A DNA stretch of 64,000 bases from Octopus sinensis (taxonomy: Eukaryota): positions 60,946,001 through 61,010,000 of the forward strand of contig NC_042999.1 of NCBI RefSeq assembly GCF_006345805.1, read 5' to 3'. Positions 52,265-64,000 of the stretch are shown here, piece after piece. The translations under genes and the position numbers were made by a program. The number at the start of each line of letters is the position of its first letter. Positions within the stretch are counted from its first letter, which is position 1. The notes below the pieces were generated by a model that saw only the letters and a list, made by a program, of their open reading frames with translations, did not search any database and had not been told where the DNA came from.

Positions 52265-53161
52265 GTGATATACTTACATGGACAGGCATGCCAAATTGTA
52301 AGGATTCATAAATCTTATGAAAGTTACATTGGTTGTTTCCCGTTGCATTATACAGTTTTATATACAGTATACAATGCTTGTCGCCTGCTCTTTGAATGCA
52401 CAGTGATGACGAGTTCGCATGATCTCACAGCATATCTCCTCACTAGCAGTCTAAGAGGTTTGTGTGACACATGTCTATATGCCAGTTCTCTTCTAGCACC
52501 TTATGCACAGGACTATATTCTCCTATTTGACACAATTAACTGAGCATTACCACTCCAATCTAGAAGACACCGGGAAGTAATGACAGCAAAACATTAACTG
52601 CATACACCTCAAAACGTTTGAACTTCGGAAGTGATGTTTCGTCACACTGTACATTTTAACGTCTTAGTTTTTTATGAGAGCTTTCCCTGATATTTCTAGC
52701 AGGTCGAATGACGCCTTAGAAATTCTCTTTTCATATGTGTAGTATATGGCTAAATTACCTGGTGGAAAGTGAAACCATAATAAAATTGTTATCAATCAAC
52801 GTTTTCATTACTTCACAACAAACTCAGCATTCTAGAATGTAACGTCAGCAATTTTTCTTTGTCTGAATCATAACAAAATATTAGAATCTTTTAAGACCAG
52901 GTTCCGTATTTTAATTATAATTCTGAGAGAAACTGCAGTAATAGAAAAAAAAAAGTTAAGAAAGAAAACCATATTGATATTTGTTTGTATTATATTACTT
53001 CAAATGTGGAAAATCTGATAGCAAAAGAAATATATAAATATACAATACCAAATATAATGTAAACCTCTTTATGCATATATAATATATTCTTTGACATGGC
53101 TGTATTAAGCAATAATCCTCAATATCAAATATAATCCTGTTATAATATTCCGCAGCATTGC

Positions 53162-53250
<89 letters not shown>

Positions 53251-54214
53251 TGTACATCTGTATCAAAACTGATATTGATTTAAGCTATCGTTCTCTTGTA
53301 ATAATTCTCTCCAGTTCGTGTCCATTAATATCAAACTATTTTTACAAATTTGGGTCAAGGTGAATCGATCTGATTCTCAATGTAAACATTGTACCATTAC
53401 CTTTCTCTGCTATTATCCACATATTCCCTGTTTCTATTTATTCCATGGTCTCAGAATGTAACTAGTCTCAAGTCACAAAGAAGTGTATCAGACATACTTA
53501 AACTTATCGGATCTGACGTGTATTGTAGGGAAACCTGAAATCAATAATGCTAAAATATGCCAAGATCCAATGGAAACTCAACTGGAAATCTTCTCTAAGT
53601 TAATCTAACAATAAATCGTTTAGTTTGCTTTCCATTCTTTACCTATTTTTGGCAGATCGTGTCCAATGAATCATGTTTATCTCCGGCTATCCTTAGCTTA
53701 CGAAACATGATTAAATATTTGTAAGTAGGAATTCGCCAAAATTCAGTGATGCGAAAGAAAAGTTTGCATATTACTTGGAAACCAAAATAACCAAACAAAT
53801 ATCAACATTTATATACTTTTTGCTGAATATTTCCCGGTGAGATTTAATTTTTGGCCATTTTACAATAATTTCATTAATTTTCAATTATCTCTAACACACA
53901 GACTTAACCCTAGACGTATCATCACATTGCTTCATTTCATACACTAATAAATATAAATTTATTGAATAAATGTCAAAGTGTATAGAGAAAGGATTATTAC
54001 ATTTCGATTAGTTTTGCAAAATTTGACATAACCTAAACAAAAGTCGTTGGAACTGTATAATGGAATAGAGTTTAAGCGATTATTATTGTTATAAGAAAAT
54101 ATTGTGCTACTATGTAATCTCAGTCAGCTCTTTTATATTAAATGCTTCCTCTTTCTAGTTCATTTTCCTGTCTTCCATTTTTCTAACATTTATTCAACGT
54201 GTTGCTGCTGCTGT

Positions 54215-54711
54215 CTTCTTCTTCTTCTTCTTCTTACAATCAGGACTCACGCCATTACCCACAAAGAATAATCTCTGATTCGAGCCCACTCTAAGCTACT
54301 AAGTACGCGTGTGGCAACTTGGAGATCCACCCACCACATGCGATAGACTGGTGGTTGCACGGGCGCGAAAGCTACGTTGTTATCCTCATTCCGTAAACGT
54401 GTCCTCATTCCGGTGGTTTTTACAGGTGGAGAGCATCCTGAGGTACAGAGGATTCTCAATCTAGACTAGGGTCAGAAAGTTTACCACACCATAGTGGGTT
54501 ACACCATGGCTCTTCTGTTTTGTGGCAGAAGCAGGAAGAAAGAATGAAAGTTGTGGTGAAAGAGTACACGGGGTGGTTTACGCCCCGGAGGAGCCTCGTG
54601 GAACTTAGGTGTTTTTGCTCAATTAACACACACAATGCTCGGTCTGGGAATCGAAACCGCATTCTTACGACCGCGAGTCTGCTGCCCTAACCACTGGGCC
54701 ATTGCGCCTCA
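54215..54711 (-). mobile_element. SINE family 3 (tRNA head), (AAG)n tail
   Basis: Minus: GAGGCGCAATGGCCCAGTGGTTAGGGCAGC (A box)...GGTTTCGATTCCC (B box)...TTGAGCAAAAACACCTAAG. Confidence 0.85.
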
Positions 54712-55775
54712 ACCGTCGCTGTTGTTTGTTTCTGTGTCTGAAGACGTCGAGCAGTTCTAGGACTCAAGAGCTCAACAAATTTCCCATTTATCTTTTGTTA
54801 CTCAGAGCTGTACAATATCGAACATGATTTTGTTTTATTTAATGTAGGATATAATCTGGGGATATTTAGCTGCTATTTCTAACAGATATTTTCTCGTTTG
54901 GATGTAAGAAAAAATGATGCATTGATTGGCATATAGTACCAGCAACACCACTAGCAAGGAAAACACTCAATGCAAAGCTCATATTACTTTCACCGAGATA
55001 AGATGATAGTTTACGAGTCTGAATCACGAAGCTGTTATTCTAATTATATAATTTACATGAATTTTCGATAACATGCTAGGAATAGAAAATTAGGTTCATA
55101 AACATGAATAACCGGTCACAATCATGGATCTAACTAGATCATGAAGGATATATGATATAATTAAAATTATCTCGGCTAAAATAATCCTTGTTACATCATT
55201 CAATATAACGATCAGGTCTTCTCAGTTTCAGGTAACAGCTTCTTAATTTTAAGATACTATAAATATAAAAAAAGACATAAACTTGATTTGGCGCTCATTT
55301 AATAATTGTACGTCTATACATCTCGCTATTTTGTCATTGATTATACACAATTCTATACTTCCTTACATTATGCAACGAAATAAATTGGCTATTTTGGAAA
55401 GACTGCATCATTCAAGCAAATGGAGATTACCTGCATTATTATTAATACGCTATAATAATCAAATTTGCTATACGATGATTACAGAGATATACTCTGGAGG
55501 TGTTATTAGAAGAGAACTGTTCTATAGCAGGCAGCAAACAATAGTTTCAAGGAATTTTTAGTGATATTTTATAGACAATGTCACATACCGTTATGATTAT
55601 TACCCTCCGTTTATCTGTTCGCCTGGAGATGTTAAATAAAATATCTTTTGTCACAATAGTAATTTCAAACATAAAGTAACTATATCATCTACAACAATAA
55701 TTGTTTTACGTTTTTACTTTGCTCTCGTCCGAATATCATATTTTCCTTAGAAATTACATTATCTTCACCATTTTT

Positions 55776-55980
55776 GCGGTGAGCTGGCAAAATCGTTACA
55801 ATGTCGATCAAAACATAAAGAAGCAGCGCAGTATTCTGTTTCTTCGCGTTCTGATTTCAAATCCGATCGGTATTAACTATGCATTCATCATTGTGTTCGA
55901 TAACCTACCATTCAATTGTTGATGGCAATGATATCGACTCCTCTCAAATTACTAGCCTTGTACATAAATCAGAAACCACC
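55776..55980 (+). mobile_element. Old SINE family 2 copy (further decayed copies ~11670-11870, 43065-43195, 49740-49930, 50320-50460, 62320-62550)
   Basis: GCGGTGAGCTGGCAAAATCGTTA...CGTTCTGATTTCAAATCC matches the 12024 copy. Confidence 0.6.
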
Positions 55981-56009
55981 ATTTCTTCTATACCTTTCTA
56001 TCGTTTTTT

Positions 56010-56288
56010 CATCTCTTCTTCCAATCATTTGACTGTGGCCATGCTGGAGCACCGCCTTGAAGGGTTTTAGTCGAACAAATCGACACCCAGGACTTATTTT
56101 CTTCCTTTTAAGCTTAGTACTTATTCTATCAGTCTGTTTCATTGAATCGCTAATTTACAGTGACGTAAACATACAAACACCGGTTGTCAAGCGGTAGTGG
56201 GAGGCAAGCACAAACACAACGACACACACACACACACACATACAAAGACACACACGTGCACACGCAATATCTTTTATCTTCTTGTTTC

Positions 56289-56342
<54 letters not shown>

Positions 56343-56502
56343 TACCTATGAAGGGCTTCTTTCAGTTTCTCTCTACCAAATGAATACACAGGACGTTGGT
56401 CGGCCGGAGGCTAAAATATAAGACAGTATCTACACATGTGGACTGAACCCGGAACCATGTGGTTAGGAAGCAAGATTCTTACAACACTGACACGCCTGCG
56501 TC
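56010..56502 (-). mobile_element. SINE family 1 copy (older; internal CA + AGAT tract)
   Basis: TCATTTGACTGTGGCCATGCTGGAGCACCGCC...GGACTGAACCCGGAACCATGTGGTT. Confidence 0.85.
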
Positions 56503-56569
56503 TATGTTGATTAATATGTAAATCAATTCAGCATTTTAAATATAAATGCTTGTGGTAATATACTTCAGC

Positions 56570-56790
56570 CCATGCAACAGTCCGGTTCTTCGAGAAACAA
56601 GGGAACAGAGCCATGCTTCTCTAATCCCATTCGACTTATCCAAAGACATTGAAGTATACGTGTCCCTTGACGAACTCTACCGCCGCCTAAGTAAGTGTGA
56701 GGGACCGAAATACAAACCTCAGTACGGATGGACTTCGCCAAGATGCTATAGCTAAGAGAATACATGCCACGTTTTATAAGGAAAGTCTAT
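56570..56790 (+). mobile_element. Decayed RTE-like RT fragment
   Basis: LRETREQSHASLIPFDLSKDIEVYVSLDELYRRLSKCEGP resembles EKxREQxxxLxxxFxDLxKAFDxVxRxxLWxxLxKxGxP. Confidence 0.45.
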
Positions 56791-56802
56791 GACACTCTAA
56801 AT

Positions 56803-57040
56803 CAGCGGTTCTCTACCGTGGTCCACATAACCCTCAGGGGTTCACATACGATTTTATTTTAAAAATTTATGTGCAATATATTGGTTATACTTCTACGATG
56901 CACAAAATATTTTAAACAATATTTATGCATTTCCTAATAATATTTAAGTATTAAAACATAATAGCGGTTTTTTTAAAACATCTGTTAGCTATGAAGGCCC
57001 ATTCGAGTAAAATAGGCGAAAAATGGTTGACAATCTGGTG
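56803..57040. mobile_element. Possible hAT-type MITE relic
   Basis: Starts CAGCGGTTCTCTACC; degenerate inverse GGTTGACAATCTGGTG; similar end TTTGAGAAACACTG at ~29473-29486. Confidence 0.35.
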
Positions 57041-57191
57041 CATGAAAGTAAGGTGAGGGAAACGGTTGATATCGTAGACCGCAGACACGCCTACTATCAA
57101 ATCCTAACATCGTAAGGACATATTGTAGCAGAACCGATACCGTGAACGATTTACGAACTGGTGATGACAAACACCCAGCAGCAACAGCAGT

Positions 57192-57690
57192 GGAAGCGCA
57201 ATGGCCCAATGGTTAGAGCAGCGGACTCGTTGTCGAAGGATCGCGGTTTCGATTCCCAGACCGGGTGCTGTGTGTGTTTATTCAGCGAAAACACCTACAG
57301 CGCCACGAGGCTCCGGTAGGGGGGTGGGGGTGGCGACCCCTGTTGTACTCTTTCGCTCCAACTTTCTCTCACTCTTTCTTCCTGTTTCTTGTCCCCGACT
57401 TCCTACGCAACCACCGAGCCTGGATGCGCATTTATCCATCCGTCGACGCTCTCGGTATCGGGGGTTGACCTGCTTTCTCTTCTGCGGGTCTTACGAATAG
57501 CAAAGGACCACGTTTCGGACTGCGGACAGTCCTGAGACGCGCAACAGCAACAGCGGCAACAACAGCAACAACAGCAACAACAGCAACAACCAGGGAGACA
57601 ACAACGGCCGACGAACTGATTAAGACAACAACAACAACAACAACAACGACAGCAGCTCAGGAACAAAACATCAACAACAACAACAATATC
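57192..57690 (+). mobile_element. SINE family 3 copy with a different 3' body and (CAA/CAG)n tail
   Basis: GGAAGCGCAATGGCCCAATGGTTAGAGCAGC...GGTTTCGATTCCCAGACCG; similarity to the 54215 copy ends after TCTTTCTTCCTG (~57385). Confidence 0.85.
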
Positions 57691-57958
57691 GACAGCATGA
57701 AAACAAGTAAAAGATAAAAGTTAAATGCAATTTGAATATAAGAAAAATATAGGAAGCTGAAGTAATTGGTATATTTGTAATAAAATACTTCGAAATCAAC
57801 AGGACGTAAGAGAACAAGTTTTATTTTGGATTTCTTTTATTAGGTCAACATTTTGAGAAAACCACGAATGTGCAGTTATGCAATCCTTTCTAGAGATATT
57901 ACTAGAGCTTGTGTGTGTTTGGGTGTATGCATATGTACATATCACTTTCTGTATGCAC

Positions 57959-58024
<66 letters not shown>

Positions 58025-58401
58025 TAACAATATAGGATTGGTAACCATTACAATTTGTAGCGGCGAAAGGTCAAGACGTTGTTTCTGAGGCTGACCAAAG
58101 AATTTTTATTTTTAGATATAAATGATGTACTCAAGTGTAGTTATGTTTTTAGCTTGTGCTTTTTCCATGATCATACATGAGTATTTTATTTATATCCCAT
58201 CGAAAGCTCTACTGAAGAAAGAATATATCTTTTATTATAAGATTAATTCCGAAATCGATTCAATATAGAGATAACGAAATCTAAATTTTCTAAAGGTTAG
58301 TTGCCCGTTTTCAGTTTCAATTCTCCTATAGCAAGCGGATTATAAGCGGATAAATCAGTGCATTGGCTTTAGAATAACCCTCTTTAGCCCTTAATTATAT
58401 G

Positions 58402-58441
<40 letters not shown>

Positions 58442-58544
58442 GTATAAACATATATACATATGTATATATATGCATATATACATATCTATCTATATATATA
58501 TATAAATATATATATACATATATACATAAATATATATATACAGC

Positions 58545-58598
58545 GGTGGTGTCCCAGCATGGCCGCGGCCTTCGGGCTAAAACATTTTAACGATTTAA

Positions 58599-58600
<2 letters not shown>
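58545..58600 (+). mobile_element. Stand-alone 3' tail module, divergent variant
   Basis: GGTGGTGTCCCAGCATGGCCGCGGCCTTCGGGCTAAAAC within a TA tract. Confidence 0.6.
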
Positions 58601-58637
<37 letters not shown>

Positions 58638-58889
58638 CACACACACACACATTAATATTCATATATGTGTACAGGACGTCACCAACAGTAAACATGAAAT
58701 ACGAAAACAAATGAGTTCAATACGCAAACAACGAGAAAAACAAATGGAAAACAGGACAAGAAACATAAAGAACGACCAGTCATCAGTTGTGGGCTGTCTG
58801 TCTACTCCCCATTTTGAGCATTGAACACATCCACATATACACATATATATATATATGTATATACATACATATATATATATATACATACC

Positions 58890-58954
<65 letters not shown>

Positions 58955-60722
58955 CTGTATATGAAATTTAAATCAATAATGAGAATCATTTGTCGGGAAT
59001 TATGGGGATTGTTATGTGTGTAAACATTATTTAGTCATTTACGATAAAAACATAAGTAATCAATTTTGAAACGAGAGGGAAAAAGAAGACGAAATTGTGA
59101 AATTGAGAAACACTATATAGGCTTCAAAATCCAACGAGGATGAGATTAAAAATGACTCAGCTAAACGTGTCTCCTAGAAGTATTAGGTATATGCACCTGC
59201 TAATCTCTATTTTGTACGTTAAATACAACTTCACACTATTTCACCAGAAATTAACAATTCTCTTGGGAAATATTGATAGCATCTGCTATACTTTAAAATA
59301 TCTTTCAGAAAAATAGGATGTAAAGTGAAGTGAAAATAATCCGAAAGTTAGTTATTTATATGTTAGTACAACATTATTCCCTTCCTTCTACAAGCACTGA
59401 GTCTAATCTACGAAATACACGTGTATTGGATAGTTTTCAGGATAAATTGTCCAATAAGAATGTTAATTGACTAGGTCTGAATAGAAGGTATCTATTCCAA
59501 ATACAACAGTAACCAAACTAAACAAGCTGTTAGTAATGTCGAAAAAGGAAAAAGAATCTAAAAAGAGATAAACTCAAGACTCGAGGCGTCTGAGTATTGA
59601 TTGTAAAGTAATACGTGAATGGCTGCAATTTCTAACGATCCCTTCTATAATTTATACCAGTATACTTGCAACACTTTCCACAATATAAGCTTATACAAAT
59701 GTCTATATATATGTATATACACGTGTATACATATGTAATATATATGGATATTTGAACATGTGCTTGTATGTATATGTATGCATGCTTTCTCTTCTTGAGA
59801 AAGCTTATAGTATTTTACTAAATGTATCTTTGAATAAATTGGATATAAACTTTCCATGAACCTCATTGTTTATGCGTGAAAAATCATAGCTTATAGATAG
59901 CTTAATCTAATGCCAATCAATATAATGTTGTACGTCTTTAGTCAGCGTTGCCTTTTCAAATAAATTCTTAATTGAATGTAATCTATGCCTTTTTTGACCT
60001 GTGGGGCTTCTTCTATCTATGAAAAGTTATCTCTTTGACGATTTCTATTCTTTACGTTTTCACATATATTTTTTTATACTTAATATTGCTTTCATGAAAT
60101 AGATAACAACTAAAATTCTCTATATAGTCGTTAAATAATGATCCTTTACTCTGAACATTTAAACTTTTTAACAAGTTAAGATGAAGAAAGCAAGCCACGA
60201 ACCGATTAGAATATTTCTGATCTCATCACCTGAATTGTGCTGTGGTCTTTTAACTATAAATAGTTAACCATATTTTAAAAGAGCCAATATATACAGGTAC
60301 GTATAACACCAAGCAATGTATATTCGTTAATTTGTTTACTATTTAATGAAGTCTTTGCATAACTAATTACGGTTTACTAGGAACAGTAAGACAATCTACC
60401 TGAAATCGCACTCCTCAGATTTACAAACCAGACGATTATTTGCTTAGATGGAACAAATATAGTCATCCAAAAGTGACGGGATGATCATGTTGCACTGCTG
60501 TAAATAAGGTGTCCGATTGATCAATGCTGGTGTGGAGTTAAGGAACATCAACAGCAATAACACTAGCAAAATCAACAACAAATAGTCTCACTTTTGTAGA
60601 CAATGCAGTCATTACTAGATAATTACAAGTCGTTTCTACTGAAGTTGAAATATTGAGAAAGTAAACTTGAATATCCACTATTCTTATTTGGTATACAACT
60701 ATAACGTTTATTGAGATTAAAG

Positions 60723-60791
<69 letters not shown>

Positions 60792-60795
<4 letters not shown>

Positions 60796-60907
60796 ATAGG
60801 AAAGAATGGAGCTGAACGAAGATTTAACAAAATTCCTTTATTATAAAGGAATTTATAATAAAGGAATTTTGTTAAATCTTCGTTCAGCTCCATTCTTTCC
60901 TATACTT
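60792..60907. repeat. Perfect 56-bp-arm palindrome with GGAA loop
   Basis: 60792-60847 is the exact reverse complement of 60852-60907; lies at the end of a ~265-bp insert between two long (TA)n tracts. Confidence 0.95.
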
Positions 60908-61054
60908 AATATATTAAACTCCAAACTTCCGCACTGAGGCACGGATTCTATGCCCTATGGTCGTAACTTCAACCGTGCTTTTTCTGTTGTGAGTTTGCTA
61001 CCCAGGTATCGGTTATCTTTCGAATGATCCGTGATAAGATAATTCATTTGTCTA

Positions 61055-61129
<75 letters not shown>

Positions 61130-61147
61130 TATATATATATACATATA

Positions 61148-62290
61148 TATAATAAAATATTAGGGAATAAATCCAAACTTACAGGGAAAAATCAGATTTA
61201 GGATTAAATCCAATTTTATAGTATAAATATATTATATTATATTATATTAAATTAGAGATAAGACCACTATTAGGCAAATCAAACAATGAAAAACATAAGC
61301 CAATACATAAAATTAATTAATTTATATTATTTTAAATATAAATCAAAAATATTAAAAGTTTAGTAAAAGATAAAGAGTAAAACACTACGATCGTTTCATG
61401 GCTGTGCAATTCGTAATAATTCGAGTTATGGTTACAGTCAATCTTCAGGTTAATTGAAATATCTAAAATATAATCAGAAATATTTAAACAATATTTTTAA
61501 GATATAAATAATATAATACTTTTACTTATAATAAACTCTATTATCAAACTAGAAACATAAAACTTAACAATTATGATTATATCAAAATCGACTATAATGT
61601 TAAATATCAATTTTAATTTATAAGGTAGGAAACCCACCAATAATCTAATATCGGTATTAGTCTATATCTAATTACATAAATATTTTAAAATGACTAATAT
61701 ATATAAATTATCAATGAAAATATATAAATGTATATAAATAATATGATTAAGATCTAAAATAATCTCTATAAATATATATATATGCACATATAATAAAAAC
61801 CTAATAAATTAATTTTTCATATTTAAAGATGAAATAGCTAATTTCAAAATACAAATAAACAAACTTAAACGAACTTTCGGAAATCTTATGTAAAATACTT
61901 ATAGAAATAATCAATTCGTAGTAATATAGTATCGAATAAATACTATAAATATAATTATCAATGGGAATAACTAGCGAATATCAATTTAAAGAAATAACTA
62001 AGTTATGCTATTAAATTCGACATGGCCTGGACCAATCTTTAGTCGAAACATATCTAAGTTTATCAAAGTTTATCTAATTTAATTATAAATTTAAAACTAC
62101 AATTAATACTATTAAAACATGTATATACAAAAGCCTAACTTAATACACCTCGTATGCTTGCTATCAAATAACAAATCTATCGCTAAGTAGTATCTTACGA
62201 ATAAACTTAAATTTAATATCTAATAATATAGAAAATTACGATCTAATTATCGTAATTTTATATTCTAACGTTTATTATTTTGGATATATT
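61148..62290 (-). mobile_element. Very AT-rich Penelope-like terminal region with HHR at 61381-61453; first ~95 bp also at 51481-51575
   Basis: Minus: AC-CTGAAGA-TTGACTGT...ACAGCCAT-GAAAC-GATC-GTA|GT; AATAAAATATTAGGGAATAAATCCAAACTTACAGGG duplicated, both copies abutting TA tracts. Confidence 0.6.
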
Positions 62291-63272
62291 GAATATGCGA
62301 AATCATTTCTACATAAGAACAAGGCCTGAAATTTTGGGAGAGGAGGCTAGTCGATTCCACAAACCCGAGGACTAAACTTCTATTTATTTCATCGAACCGG
62401 GTAGGATAAAAGGCTAAGTCGATCTCGGCAGCGTGCTAGGATAAAGTGTGAGCTGGCAAAGCGCTGAGCTAGCCGAACCGTCAGCATACGGGGAAAAAAT
62501 GTTTAGCAGCATTTTTCCGGTTTTACGTTGTGTTCACATCCCGCCAAGATTTTTGAAGTTGGAAGAAGTATGAGTGGAACACTTATGAGTACACATCTGT
62601 TTAAATAAGGATAAACAATGACAATTATAGCGCCCAGTTGTATCAGTATAATAGCTTAAAGATGTTAACCTTAACTAAATTAGAATTAAAGCCCGGATAT
62701 GTAACAATATAACATCTTAGAGATCTTAATCTTATTTCAATTGTCATAGATTGTTAGGAATGCTGGCTTCAATGCCATAAACTTCGAAGACAAAATATAT
62801 CTAACAAACAAGACAATTGGAACATACTTGCAGACGAACACTGATACATATCAACCACGATGATGGATGACATGTAACGCACATACATAGGCAGCACGAA
62901 CCTATGTATGTGTGTCTGTGATTTCTCTATGTATATAAACTGTAGTTATCACGATTTTAAGTACAAATTCGTGGTTAGCTGCGAGGGGCTACGTTTGTGT
63001 GTGAGCAGGGAAATATGTAAGCAAAATATATGCATACATTCTAAAATAGAATAGGAGAAAAAAGAAAATACATTCTCAGCAGTATTTCTTTCGCTGAGAA
63101 TATGTCATAGTGACAATAATTTTGTCAAATACCTAAAAGATAAGAAAGCAAATAATAACTAGATTCTGTCATTCAGTGCGTATGGAGATAATATCATTCT
63201 GGTTTTGACAGTATATACTCTATAACACATGTGAACAATTGTGTGAGTTCATGACTCCGACACTGCATGTAT

Positions 63273-63273
63273 G

Positions 63274-63346
<73 letters not shown>

Positions 63347-63390
63347 ATCTATCTATCTATCTATCTATCTATATATATATATATATATAT

Positions 63391-63441
<51 letters not shown>

Positions 63442-63602
63442 ATATATATATTTATCTATCTATCTGTTTGTCTGTCTGTCTATATATCCCTGTGATGTGT
63501 CAGTCTCTATCTATCAATATATATGTGTGTATGTGTGTGCGTGTGTGTGTTTGTATGTGTGCATGTGTGTGTGTGCGTGTGTGTTTGCGTGGTTTGTGCG
63601 TG
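63273..63602. repeat. (TCTA)n/(TA)n/(TG)n compound microsatellite
   Basis: Directly visible. Confidence 0.95.
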
Positions 63603-64000
63603 CGTAGTTCTGACACCGACTTTCTTCATGTCAAAAAAAAGCGACATATGGTATGAATCAATTGATTTTGTCAGATTGTTTCCATTTGATAGTTAGAAAA
63701 TAAATAGAAAAATCTAATCATTCCTAATATTCGCTGAAACTACAAAGCAACTAGCTGTAAAAGCAAAAACGCCTGACAGATTTAAAAGGTCACAGCTACA
63801 TCTTTCTTAAACATTAGTCTCTTGCGCAAAGCAGGTGATCTCTTTCTCTGAGGGTATATTCTTAGGTTTTCTTCTTTTACATCTATCAGACATTTTGCAA
63901 TCTGCAATGATAAATTGCGAAGAATGACGTTATTATTTCATCAGAATAATTTTTTTAAATATTGAATTGGTGCTGTCTAATATTATATGGAAGAAACGGT

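Noticed and set aside
57192-57275. tRNA gene candidate (also the heads of other SINE copies)
   Set aside because: A and B boxes are present but there is no complete cloverleaf, and the sequence continues into a repeated SINE body.
58772-58826. Minus-strand CTGATGA in a dispersed repeat
   Set aside because: Could not build stems II and III around it.

Overview
AT-rich, repeat-saturated eukaryotic DNA with no convincing host protein-coding exon; it reads as intronic or intergenic. The SINE families and dense (TA)n/(CA)n/(TAGA)n microsatellites resemble coleoid cephalopod (Octopus-type) sequence, which is an inference from recognition, not a search. Nearly all ORFs in the supplied track are microsatellite artefacts or decayed transposon ORFs. 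Recognisable elements: several mariner relics and one Tc1 relic, a piggyBac-like relic, 3-4 non-autonomous Helitron-type elements, LINE fragments (CR1-like, RTE, R4/Dong-like), Penelope-like (GIY-YIG/RT) fragments and three tRNA-derived SINE families. The most interesting signal is at least seven unrelated type I hammerhead-ribozyme (HHR)-like folds, most with the palindromic stem III of Penelope/retrozyme minimal hammerheads. They sit in short non-coding elements, several bounded by TA tracts and carrying fold-back ends. One has an intact core (36661-36767). One has a reciprocal G3-C8 swap of the conserved C3-G8 pair (24785-24835). One lies in a reconstructable ~443-nt terminally redundant, retrozyme-like unit split by a Helitron (13366-15180). 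Coordinates were counted by eye and may be off by a few bases.
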